Positions 11,705 through 22,308 of a DNA stretch of 64,000 bases are shown here, piece after piece. Every line of letters begins with the position of its first letter. The first letter of the stretch is position 1. The stretch covers positions 310,001-374,000 of the forward strand of contig NIVC01000330.1 in NCBI GenBank assembly GCA_002269645.1. The letters are read 5' to 3'. The position numbers and the translations under genes are program-made. The notes beneath the pieces are model-generated. The model was not told where the DNA came from. It saw nothing but the letters and a program-made list of their open reading frames with translations, and searched no databases. The DNA is from Macrostomum lignano. Lineage: Eukaryota.

Positions 11705-13128
11705 CTCGCGCTTTTCCTGGACATTGAGGAGGCCTTCGACAATATGATCTTCGAGGCCTTTGGCAGAGCCCTTGAAATCCAGGGCCACCCAGCCTCTCCT
11801 TGTCCTTACCCCTGTTCTTTGGAACATGGTCATGAATTAGTCGTTTTTAGGGATTTTCATGACCTCATTTATAGTGGGCTATGCAGCGTTGAGCAAACGA
11901 ATGTGGCCTCAGGCTCTCAGAGTCGCAAACCACAGCGGTTATGTTTTCCAACAAACTGCTCTGGAAATGTGACATTTCTATGGAGAAGCAGGTCTGCTGC
12001 CTGGGCCTCACTCTAGACCACAGGCTTAACTGGACCCCCACATCCAAGCTGAAGCTAAAAAAAGCCCTGGCAGTCCACCTGGGAGCTCACCCCCAGGAAG
12101 CTGTGATGGATTTACACTGTCATCATCCGCCCTTCGATCAGTTACGCCAGCCTCGTGTGGTCTAGCGGTCTGAGCGTCAAGGGCAAACTCGACGCTCTCT
12201 ACAAAATCCAGGGCAGAGCCTGCCGCATGACTATGGACGCTCCACCCTCTGCTGGAGGCATGATCCTCCTCTGGATATTTATATCAAAGTAGAGGGGGCG
12301 AAGAGCACCCGGCGCCTTCTGGATGCTGGGGGTGGCCTTTAAAAAAGTGCGGACCTTTAAGACGCGGTCGCTTATCACGCACTCCGACCTCTGCCTCAAG
12401 ACTCTCGAGAAGTGTGGCGGGCTCAACATCCTCACGGACTCGATTCAAGCCACCCTTCTCCTGAGACAGAGGTATAAGGTCACTATTCAGCCTCGACACG
12501 AGGCGAGTGACAGCTGGAGCGATTCCGAAGTCAACTGTTACACTGACGGCTCTATGAGGCATTGGTCTCTCAAGCTTCGGAGCTTGCGTCCTTATCAAGA
12601 TAGAAGCGGTGTGAAGCTACTCCAAGCACTTGACTCAACTTCGCAACTGGCAACGAGTGCGTTGACCTGCTGGTCAAGGCTGGCTCCGCACAGGGGCCCC
12701 TATCCTCGCCTCGGTGATCAACTCCCGCGTTAAGCGCTGAGCTGACTCCAAGCATCTCCGCTGGTGGCACGACCACTCGAAATTGCAGGAAATCCCGCGC
12801 TGCCGTCCCCTGCCTTCCCATCTCATGCGTAGAGCCCTCCTTAGGCTCCACTGCAGCGACCTCAGAGCAGTCAGCATGGCCCTCTCCGGCATGGCTGCTT
12901 CTATCGCCATCGCTTTCTTCAGGGCCAGGTACCTGAGGAGCGGTGCCCCTTCTGTCGCTCAGGCAAAGAAAGCGCCGAGCACTTTTCTGCCACTGCCTGG
13001 TCTTCACCAGGGCCAGGCTCACTCACTCGTTCCAATCCCGGTTCTCTTCGAGAGCATACCTATAACACCTTGTAAAACGTCTGGCTAGCTAAACATCCAG
13101 GATATTGGACATCCAACAGTTTAAAAAA
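11705..13128 (+). mobile_element. Decayed, internally deleted non-LTR retrotransposon (RT, RNase H, CCHC; R1/LOA/I-group-like)
   Basis: Frameshifted remnants FLDIEEAFDN (RT), LGLTLDHRLNW, CYTDGS (RNase H) and HGCF...CPFC...AEH (C-terminal zinc knuckle), with an A-rich end. Confidence 0.85.
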
Positions 13129-13483
13129 AGAACGTGTCAGTCCCAGAAAAGATTTCTTAGAATTACCTCGTAGTATTTCGCGTGGAGGCAAGTTAACTAC
13201 AAACGCGCTCTGTGTGCTGTAGTAAGCTGGGTAGAACTCTATGCTATTGTTGGGGCAGAAAGTGACAGACAGCCTAAAAAAAGAAACAATAAAATTAAGA
13301 AGCCAGACCCACCAACTCCATTTAATTGCTGCTAGATCCATGTTAAGCTATTTATAGCACAGGGCTGTACAGTCACTGAGCACCACGGGCTCATTGCCTC
13401 ATTCTGCGGGTAGACAGTAGCGGCCATCGTGGAAATCCCAAGCATTTTTGAAACAGAAGTTCCAAGGTTTTTTATTCTGCAAT

Positions 13484-13490
13484 TATAAAA
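13484..13490 (+). promoter_or_regulatory. Candidate TATA box of paralogue A
   Basis: TATAAAA about 60 bp upstream of the ATG; position is the only support. Confidence 0.35.
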
Positions 13491-13548
13491 GCGTAAAAGA
13501 AAAATTGACAAACGCTCAGACACTCGAACCACAAACTTCGATACAAAA

Positions 13549-14343
13549 ATGCATCTCAGCCAGGTAATTTTCCTGTGCCCGCTGCTGCTGCTGCTCACCA
13601 GCGCCCAGTCACCGCCCGAGCCCCGACGGCTGCTCCGCTGTCCCGCCGAGTTTGCCGCTCTCGTTGAGCCGCTGCCCGACAATCCGGACGTGCAGCCGGT
13701 GCTCACGACCGGCCCCGGTGTCCGGCTGCAGACTGTTGGGTTTCTGCGGGACTCCGAGCTGCGGCTGGACTCGGACGGCCGACTGTGGCTGAGCAGCAGG
13801 TTGGCTGGCAACCGCTTCAGCGGGCCGCACGTGCTGCTGTGCTCCGACACCGAGCGCCGCGGCCTCATCACTTTCTCGCTGTTCGTCAGACTGGCGCCGC
13901 CGGACCTCACCGAGGTCAACACTCCAGACGCCCTGCCTGAAGCAACCGCGACATCCGCTGCTCCGTCTGCAGCCACCAAGACTTCCGCTGCTTCGTCTGC
14001 AACTACCAAGACCTCTGCTGCTACGTCTGCAACTACCAAGACCTCTGCTGCTACGTCTACAGCTGTCAAGGCATCAGGCGCTCCGGAGAGGCTCGCCGCA
14101 GCTCTCGCCTCCGCCGCCAACGGAGCCGTCAGCCACATCGACGACCCGCTGTTCTGCGCTCTCGCCGCTGCCGTCCTGTTGCTCCTCGCAATCTGCGTCG
14201 CTCTCGCCGTCACCCTCGTAGTCGCCCTTCGCCGACGTCGCTGCACCCAGCGCGGTCTGAAGGGCCCGATCTTCGTCTCCAACCTGGGGTGCAGCGCCGA
14301 GCCGCTGTTTCAGCAGAGCGAGGAGGTCAAGATGGAAGTTTGA
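13549..14343 (+). CDS. Intronless type I membrane protein, paralogue A (signal peptide, ~90-aa beta-rich domain, Thr/Ala stalk, TM, short tail)
   Basis: 264-aa ORF; hydrophobic signal peptide; domain shared with three neighbours; TM LFCALAAAVLLLLAICVALAVTLVVAL followed by RRRR. Confidence 0.9.
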   Translation: MHLSQVIFLCPLLLLLTSAQSPPEPRRLLRCPAEFAALVEPLPDNPDVQPVLTTGPGVRLQTVGFLRDSELRLDSDGRLWLSSRLAGNRFSGPHVLLCSDTERRGLITFSLFVRLAPPDLTEVNTPDALPEATATSAAPSAATKTSAASSATTKTSAATSATTKTSAATSTAVKASGAPERLAAALASAANGAVSHIDDPLFCALAAAVLLLLAICVALAVTLVVALRRRRCTQRGLKGPIFVSNLGCSAEPLFQQSEEVKMEV

Positions 14344-14796
14344 AAAGCAGATTAGGAACCTTTTCGAACTGGGAAGATGATGCTTAATCTGTCATTCTTT
14401 GCAGATATTTTTACTCGAAAGACAATATTGTACATGTATTCTTTTTTGGATGAATTGAACTTTTTCACTGCATATTCTCTCCAGCTTTATCCTGAATCTC
14501 ATAAACACTTAGCTGTCTGTCTGAATATGTTTTTCCATTATGAATACAAGAATAATTTAATTGATTGTTATCAAATAATGAAGACATTGTTATTCAGTAA
14601 ACATGTGCTAAACTTTCACAACTGAGTAAATAAATTTTACTAAATTCGCTATGCAATTCGAGTCATTGGTGCAAAATGGTAAACAGATTATTAACAGTCT
14701 TGATGCGGTATATTGTTCGGTTCCCATGAATCAATAACAAAAAGCGCAGATTTGTTTAAACATTGTCAAGGAGTTAGAAAAAAACCGCAAAGAATG

Positions 14797-15447
14797 TCAG
14801 ACATCCGTGACCTCGTGAAACTCCCCTAGCGACTTGCCCAGCAGCTGCTGGTGCCCGCTCTTCAGACCTGTCAGCGGCACGAATATTTTCTTTTGCCTGT
14901 GCTGCCAGCAGCAGGTTCGCCTTGTTGACACCACCACGAGAGCAGCGGTGAGGCAGAGGCAGGCCAATAGGAGCAGCAGTGCAGTTCCAGCCAGGACCAG
15001 TTCCCGCGGTCTGAGTCCACCGATGTCCTCAGCAGCAGCTTCTGAACTGTTATGCGGTGCCGTTGTCACAGGATTTGCCAGCGACTCTGTCCTCAGGCGG
15101 ATGTACAGCACGAAGCTGACAGTTTTCCGGTCGTTTTGGCACTCTAGATGGTGCGGCCCGCTGAAGCGGCTGCCGGCCGACCTGCTGGAGGCGCCAACGT
15201 TCAGCCACAGTCGGCCGGCCGAGTCCAGCCTCAGCTCGGAGTCGCGCAAGAACCGGACAGTCTGCAGCCGGACACCAGGGCCGGTCGTGAGCACCGGCTG
15301 CAGGTTCGGGTCGTCGGGCAGCGGCTCAACGAGGGTGGCGAACTCGGCGGGACATCGGAGCAGCCGTCGGGGCCCGGGCGGTGGCTGGGCAGCAGCTGCC
15401 GTTACGCAGAGCAGCAGTGCAGCGAGAAGGATTCCAGCAAAGTTCAT
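14797..15447 (-). CDS. Intronless type I membrane protein, paralogue B
   Basis: 216-aa ORF with the same RRLLRCPAEF...RLDSAGRLWL...RFSGPH domain, a short stalk, TM and tail. Confidence 0.9.
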   Translation of the reverse strand: MNFAGILLAALLLCVTAAAAQPPPGPRRLLRCPAEFATLVEPLPDDPNLQPVLTTGPGVRLQTVRFLRDSELRLDSAGRLWLNVGASSRSAGSRFSGPHHLECQNDRKTVSFVLYIRLRTESLANPVTTAPHNSSEAAAEDIGGLRPRELVLAGTALLLLLACLCLTAALVVVSTRRTCCWQHRQKKIFVPLTGLKSGHQQLLGKSLGEFHEVTDV

Positions 15448-15519
15448 TTCAGAGTCTGTAGAGGCTAGCGGAGATTTACTAGAGAGCTGAGCTCAATGTT
15501 CTCAAAGCTCTCGCACAGC

Positions 15520-15527
15520 TTTAAATA
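15520..15527 (-). promoter_or_regulatory. Candidate TATA box of paralogue B
   Basis: TATTTAAA about 75 bp upstream of the ATG; position is the only support. Confidence 0.3.
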
Positions 15528-15994
15528 GTGCTCGCGGCGGACCCGAGGACAGAGCGGCGTGAATAGATGAATAAGCAAATTAGCCTCCGCATAACTCATG
15601 GTTTCAACCCCTCTCACGGGTTTCTCTGGGTAGCCCGACTGCCCCTTGCCATTGTCAGTTGAGCAGGCTGAGTCTAGTATATATCTAGAGCTTATTTGTG
15701 GCTCAGTGGGAGGGAGGGTGGTTCTTGTTGGCATCCGCATGACCCATCCAAAAATAGGCTCACTGCGGCTATATCTGACGACTGCCCACACGGAACACAA
15801 AAAACTAGTTTTTTTTAACGCGGATTTTCTATTTACATCGAAGATTTTTATTACTTTGTCGGCAAATGCAGACTGTCAATTGCGGAAGCAGTGCTCTAGG
15901 AAGCTAAAAAAAGGCACCAAAAACTGTAAAATTACTTAATTTATGTATTTTATGAGTTTTAGACACCTTAGACTTGTCTAAAAGTAGCTTTTTT

Positions 15995-16690
15995 CAGGCT
16001 GGGCCACCGCCCCCCCCCCCTCAGATTCTCAGGCTGGGCCACCGCCCCCCCCTCAGATTCTCAGGCTGGGCCACCGCCACCGCCTCCCCCTCAGATTCTC
16101 AGGCTGGGCCACCGCCCCCCCCCCTCAGATTCTCAGGCTGGGCCACCGCCCCCCCCCTCAGATTCTCAGGCTGGGCCACCGCCCCCCCCTCAGATTCTCA
16201 GGCTGGGCCACCGCCCCCCCCCTCAGATTCTCAGGCTGGGCCACCGCCCCCCCCTCAGATTCTCAGGCTGTGCCACCGCCACCGCCCCCCCTCAGATTCT
16301 CAGGCTGTGCCACCGCCACCGCCCCCCCTCAGATTCTCAGGCTGGGCCACCGCCACCGCCTCCCCCTCAGATTCTCAGGCTGGGCCACCGCCCCCCCCCC
16401 TCAGATTCTCAAGCTGTGCCACCGCCACCGCCTCCCCTCAGATTCTCAGGCTGGGCCACCGCCACCGCCTCCCCCTATAATTCTCAGGCTGGGCCACCGC
16501 CCCCCCCTCAGATTCTCAGGCTGGGCCACCGCCCCCCCTCAGATTCTCAGGCTGGGCCACCGCCACCGCCTCCCCCTCAGATTCTCAGGCTGGGCCACCG
16601 CCCCCCCCCTCAGATTCTCAGGCTGGGCCACCGCCCCCCCCCCTCAGATTCTCAGGCTGGGCCACCGCCCCCCCTCAGATTCTCAGGCTG
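15995..16690. repeat. ~32-bp minisatellite (CAGGCTGGGCCACCGC(C)nTCAGATTCT)
   Basis: Tandem copies with variable C-runs. Confidence 0.95.
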
Positions 16691-16931
16691 AGAAAGAAAC
16701 TACACGAAAGCAGAAACTTCACGCTCTATCTATGTTTGACAGTTTGTTGTATTGTGGCAAAAAATTCAACAAAAGCTACAAAATTCATCAAAGGATAAAA
16801 CGAAAAAGTCAGTACAGGTGTGGGTAAGAATTTGAATGCAGTGGATCTACAATGCCTAATGTTTATATTGTCAATATTGTCGATCGAATAATCTATTAAA
16901 ATACTTTAGATATTCAAGCTGTATATTCTAG

Positions 16932-17359
16932 TAGGTGTTCAGCAGGTGTTCAAGCCAGATGTTCAGCAGATGCTCAGCAGGTCTTCAAGCCAGATGCTCA
17001 GCAGGTGTTCGGGCCAGATGCTCAGCAGGTATTCAGGCCAGATGCTCAGCAGGTGTTCAAGCCAGATGCTCAGCAGGTATTCAGGCCAGATGCTCAGCAG
17101 GTGTTCAAGCCAGATGCTCAGCAGGTATTCAGGCCAGATGCTCAGCAGGTGTTCGAGCCAGATGTTCAGCAGGTGTTCGAGCCAGATGTTCAGCAGGTGT
17201 TCGAGCCAGATGTTCAGCAGGTGTTCGAGCCAGATGTTCAGCAGGTGTTCGAGACAGATGTTCAGCAGGTGTTCGAGCCAGATGTTCAGCAGGTGTTCGA
17301 GCCAGATGTTCAGCAGGTGTTCGAGCCAGATGTTCAGCAGGTGTTCGAGCCAGATGCTC
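16932..17359. repeat. 24-bp array (CAGCAGGTGTTC(G/A)AGCCAGATG(T/C)T)
   Basis: The inverted counterpart lies at about 18810-19262. Confidence 0.95.
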
Positions 17360-17407
17360 GGAAGACACCACTTCTAAAACACACGGTTTTCATTCTCTGA
17401 CTTCCTG

Positions 17408-17485
17408 TTGCACTGGCGGGAGTCGAACCCGCGCCAGCTCGTCCGTCCTCAGGACGAGTTGCTCTACCGCTAAAGCTACAGTGCA
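17408..17485 (-). ncRNA. tRNA-like gene copy 1 (non-canonical anticodon arm)
   Basis: Acceptor TGCACTG/CAGTGCA, A-box TAGCTTTAGCGG, T arm GCGGG-TTCGACT-CCCGC, hairpin CTCGTCC/GGACGAG; TATA at 17527-17532 and T4 at 17376-17379. Confidence 0.6.
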
Positions 17486-17972
17486 ACCTTAGCTGTCTGC
17501 TCTCATCTGGACTGCATGAATCACAATTTATAGCCCAGCTTAGTTGGATAATTCCGGAGTCATGGAAAAGCCACGCCATCCTTTGTGAATTATTTGAGCT
17601 ATTTTAAGGAGGGGCCTTTTTTTAAGAGGCAATCGCCTATTTTAAACTCTAGTTGTGTGTAACAGTCGTAGAAGTAATATTAATTTTAATAATTGTATTC
17701 AAGACGTGAAGCGGCCACTCAGAGCTGCAGTCTATTTAGAGACAGTTTATGTGCTAAAAATATCCGTTCCTTTAGCCCGGCTTCACTTGGAGATTGAATC
17801 TGTACTGCTGCAGCAGATGAATCATTTTTACAGGTATTACTTTTGAAAGACACAGAAAACATTTCATTAATTAAAGTTATCTCTCTTTCAACTTTTTATT
17901 GTATTCAAAATTCTGAATCATTGAGCATATCTCTATGGTGTTAAATGACTTGTTACAGTATATCTCAGTATT

Positions 17973-18341
17973 GCTGAGGTGCCCTGACACAGGGGGAATG
18001 CTGAGGTGCCATGACACAGGGGGAATGCTGAGGTGCCATGACACAGGGGGAATGCTGAGGTGCCATAACACAGGGGGAATGCTAAGGTACAATGACACAG
18101 GGGAATGCTGAGGTGCCATGACACAGGGGGAATGCTGAGGTGCCATAACACAGGGGGAATGCTGAGGTACAATGACACAGGGGGAATGCTGAGGTGCCAT
18201 GACACAGGGGGAATGCTGAGGTGCTATAACACAGGGGGAATGCTGAGGTACAATGACACAGGGGGAATGCTGAGGTACAATGACACAGGGGGAATGCTGA
18301 GGTACAATGACACAGGGGGAATGCTGAGGTACAATGACACA
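17973..18341. repeat. 27-bp minisatellite block 1 (GCTGAGGTGCCATGACACAGGGGGAAT)
   Basis: Tandem copies visible. Confidence 0.95.
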
Positions 18342-18684
18342 GGTCAACAGATTTAATCTCCAAGTGAAGCCGGGCCTAAGTGGCGGCTATTTTTAGCACA
18401 CAAACTGTCTCTAAATAGACTGCAGCTCTGAGTGGCTGCTGCAGATCGTGAACACAACTTGAGCCGCCAGTTCCTTGTGACGATTTTATTACTTCTACGA
18501 CTGTACATTCGGCTTGAGCTTAAAATAGGTGACTTTCCTCGGCGGCCCTCCTAAAAATACTCGCTTTTTTAGCTCAATAATTCACAAAGGATGGCGTGGC
18601 TTTTCCATGACTCCGGAATTATCCAACTAAGCTGGGCTATAAATTATGATTCAAGCAGTCCAGCTGAGATCAGACTGCTAAGGT

Positions 18685-18761
18685 TGCACTGTAGCTTAAC
18701 GGTAGAGCAACTCGTCCTGAGGACGGACGAGCTGGCGCGGGTTCGACTCCCGCCAGTGCAA
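18685..18761 (+). ncRNA. tRNA-like gene copy 2
   Basis: Same fold as copy 1; TATAAA at 18638-18643 and TTTT at 18790-18793. Confidence 0.6.
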
Positions 18762-18789
18762 CAGGAAGTCAAAGAATGAAGACCATGTG

Positions 18790-18793
18790 TTTT
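18790..18793 (+). terminator. Candidate Pol III T4 terminator
   Basis: First TTTT, about 29 nt after the tRNA-like domain; conserved in copy 1. Confidence 0.4.
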
Positions 18794-19723
18794 AGAAGTG
18801 GTGCCTCCGGCGCATCTGGCTTGAACACCTGCTGAACACTTGGCTCGAACACCTGCTGAGCATCTGGCTCGAACACCTGCTGAACACTTGGCCTGAACAC
18901 CTGCTGAACATCTGGCTTGAATACCTGCTGGGCATCTGGCTTGAACACCTGCTGAGCATCTGGCTCGAACACCTGCTGAACACTTAGCCTGAACACCTGC
19001 TGAACATCTGGCTTGAACACCTGCTGGGCATCTGGCTTGAACACCTGCTGAACATCTGGCTTGAACACCTGCTGAGCATCTGGCTTGAACACCTGCTGAG
19101 CATCTGGCTCGAACACCTGCTGAGCTTCTGGCTTGAACACCTGCTGAGCACCTGGCTTGAACACCTGCTGAGCATCTGGCTTGAACACCTGCTGAGCATC
19201 TGGCTTGAACACCTGCTGAGCATCTGGCTTGAACACCTGCTGAACATCTGCCTCGAACGCCTGCCAAAATATACGGCTTGAATATCGAAAGTACTCAAAT
19301 AGATGATTCAATATTACTGACATTATAAGTATATATTAATAACTATAGATAATTTGTATTCATACTCTTACCTACGCTTGTATTGACATTATTGTTTCAT
19401 CCGTTGTTGACTGTTGCCATAAATTTAAAATTTACTGTCAAGCAGCAATAGAGCGTGAAGTTCTTTTGGTGACGTTGTTGACTTTTTGTCAGTTTACCTT
19501 TTTTACGTTTACTTTTACAACCATTATAAACTGCCTACTTGATAAAGGCATAGCTTGAGTCCCTAATTTCGACATACCCACCCGTCCATCAGATCTTGAC
19601 GATGCTTCAGATTTGGCAAACGATAAAAATTTCAGGTGCCTACCGACATCCCAATCCCCCATACCCCTGTCTACCGCTAAGTACAATACTCCCCATTGCG
19701 ACTGTGTAATGTTCGTACAACAC

Positions 19724-20300
19724 CCAGGGGGAATGCTGAGGTGCCATGACACAGGGGGGATGCTGAGGTGCCATGACACAGGGGGAATTCTGAGTTGCCA
19801 TGACACAGGGGGAATTCTGAGGTGCCATCACACAAGGGGAATGCTGAGGTGCCATGACACAGGGGGATGCTGAGGTGCCATGACACAGGGGGAATGCTGA
19901 GGTGCCATGACACAGGGGGAATGCTGAGGTGCCATGACACAGGGGGAATGCTGAGGTGCCATGACACAAGGGGAATTCTGAGGTGCCATGACACAGGGGG
20001 ATGCTGAGGTGCCATGACACAGGGGGAATGCTGAGGTGCCATGACACAGGGGGAATGCTGAGGTGCCATCATACAAGGGGAATTCTGAGGTGCCATGACA
20101 CAGGGAATGCTAAGGTGCCATGACACAGGGGGAATGCTGAGGTGCCATGACACAGGGGGGATGCTGAGGTGCCATCACACAAGGGGAATTCTGAGGTGCC
20201 ATGACACAGGGGGAATGCTGAGGTGCCATGACACAGGGGGGATGCTGAGGTGCCATCACACAAGGGGAATTCTGAGGTGCCATGAAACAGGGGGATGCTG
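19724..20300. repeat. 27-bp minisatellite block 2
   Basis: Same unit and orientation as block 1. Confidence 0.95.
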
Positions 20301-20736
20301 ATATCTGAGGCGCGAAAGCTTGTTTTCTGTGAAGGATATTTCTGTTTTATAAAAAACCAGCCATTCTGACTATGTAAGGATAGTATAATTTTTAAAAAGA
20401 TTTTGTTAACCTCAACTTGTTGAATTGAATAAAAAATCAATAAAAAGGCAAAATCTTGATAATTATTGAATATTAGTTGTATATTTCGGAAATCGATCAC
20501 ACACTTGGGTACCAGTTAGGTACTGACAAAACATTTTTAGTGTATGGATTGGAAACGTGTAAGCTAGAAGAAGAATAATAATAATGTAATACATTAATGA
20601 GTCTGAATGATATTTCAGATGAATGAAATCATACTCGCAATAAGGAACGCCTGAAACTCAAAGATATGTACAAGTTTGAGCCGTCAATGAAGCACTGAAA
20701 GAGACTAGGCAAAACTGTCATTAGTAACCATCGGAA

Positions 20737-21513
20737 TTAGACTTGATCGCGCTCGAGGATCACGACTTCATGCGAAGTTGGCTTGCTCTGCTGGAACAGC
20801 GGCTCGGCGCTGCCCTTGACGATCGGTTTGAAGATCGGGCCCTTCAGACCTCGCTGGGTGGTGCGACGGTGGCTGCGACGGCCGACGGCTAAAAGGGCGA
20901 AGGCGAGAGCGATGCAGATTGCGAGGAGCAACAGGACGGCAGCGGCGAGAGCGCAGAACAGCGGGTCGTCGATGCGGCTGACGGCTCGGTTGGCGGCGGA
21001 GGCGGGAGCTGCGGCGAGCCTCTCGGGAGCGGCTGATGCCTTGACAGCTGTAGACGGAACAGCGGAGGTCTTAGTGGCTGCAGACGGAGCAGCTGATGTC
21101 GCGGTTGCTTCAGGCAGAGAGTCTGGAGTGTTGACCTCGGTGATGTCCGGTGCCAGTCTGACGAACAGCGAGAAGGTGGCGAGGCCGCGGCGCTCGGTGT
21201 CGGAGCACAGCAGCACGTGCGGCCCGCTGAAGCGATTGCCAGCCGACCTGCTGAAGTTGCCGCCGATCAGCCACAGTCGGCCGGCCGAGTCCAGCCTCAG
21301 TTTGGAGGCCCACATGAACCGGACAGTCTGTAGTCGGACACCGGGGCCGGTCGTGAGCACCGGCTGCACGTCCGGATTGTCGGGCAGCGGCTCCACGAGG
21401 GTGGAGAGCTCGGCTGGACAGCGGAGCAGCCGTCGGGGCCCAGGCGGTGACTGGGCGCTGGCGAGCAGCAGCAGCAGAGGCCAGAGTGCCAGCAGCTTGA
21501 TGACGCTGAGCAT
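20737..21513 (-). CDS. Intronless type I membrane protein, paralogue C
   Basis: 258-aa ORF; the domain, stalk, TM and GLKGPIF tail motif are close to paralogue A. Confidence 0.9.
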   Translation of the reverse strand: MLSVIKLLALWPLLLLLASAQSPPGPRRLLRCPAELSTLVEPLPDNPDVQPVLTTGPGVRLQTVRFMWASKLRLDSAGRLWLIGGNFSRSAGNRFSGPHVLLCSDTERRGLATFSLFVRLAPDITEVNTPDSLPEATATSAAPSAATKTSAVPSTAVKASAAPERLAAAPASAANRAVSRIDDPLFCALAAAVLLLLAICIALAFALLAVGRRSHRRTTQRGLKGPIFKPIVKGSAEPLFQQSKPTSHEVVILERDQV

Positions 21514-22308
21514 TATTTAAACTAACAGTTGAATAAAATATTCGTCAGAGTTCTTGCAGACCTGGCAGGGTGTATAAAATAGTGTCAGCTGCAGCGGGCC
21601 TCTATATACTTGTGGTTTGGAAGCTGGCACTACCCCGTAAATTCCAGCCCTTTACCCGCGGGAAATCCAGCCGCGCTCATTGGCCACTACAAGCGGATGA
21701 ATATCTTGCGTAAATCTAAAAATAGTAACAAATCTGTTCTAATTTCTGATGCAGAACATGGAACGGACTGCTTATGTCACAACGGTTTGTTCCTAGCTCG
21801 TAGTAGCTAAACTAACGGTTGATGCAATTGACGTCAGAAAATTTTGTTTAACTTTCTAACTGTTAGTTACACTCTTACCTTTCAAAGCCTTTGAAATTAC
21901 CTTTCATGTCTTCCCTTTCAAAGTCCCAAAGGCATTTAAAACCGCCATAATAATTCAATACTGAAAAGTCTAACAAACTCCTATCTCGTCAATGTGTTTT
22001 TTGCCTGAAAATTTTCATTAGCTTCCAAAAAAATCTTAATGAAATGCTAGGAACGTCCGATTGCTGAGAAACTTTCAATAATTTCGGCCTTACAAAAAAG
22101 CCAAACTGCTTGTATTTGCAATGTTTTGAACGGAATGCCAAGCCAAGTATATTTTACAGAAATGATTCGTGAAGCAGTTACTTCCGGCATGTACAATTAA
22201 AATGACAATTCATTACGAAGTGCTACAAAGATGCGTCTATTATGTTGCATACAAAATATTGTCAACGGCGATATAAATCGATCTTTTATCGATTCCGTGT
22301 CGCAGAAA

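Larger units (their letters stand above)
16700..19475. repeat. Imperfect inverted duplication (arms ~16700-17805 and ~18347-19475)
   Basis: The arms align as reverse complements through AT-rich flank, 24-bp array, tRNA-like gene and upstream promoter region. The spacer contains a 27-bp minisatellite. Confidence 0.9.

Noticed and set aside
17408-18761. Calling the tRNA-like genes canonical tRNA-Gln(CTG), tRNA-Pro(AGG) or tRNA-Sec
   Set aside because: There is no U33, the anticodon arm has 6 extra nt, and there is no long variable arm or TCA anticodon.
15974-20500. Many 80-200 aa repetitive ORFs (PPPPQILRLGH, PDVQQVFE, CVMAPQHS)
   Set aside because: Translations of the 32-, 24- and 27-bp minisatellites, open in several frames on both strands without splice or start support.
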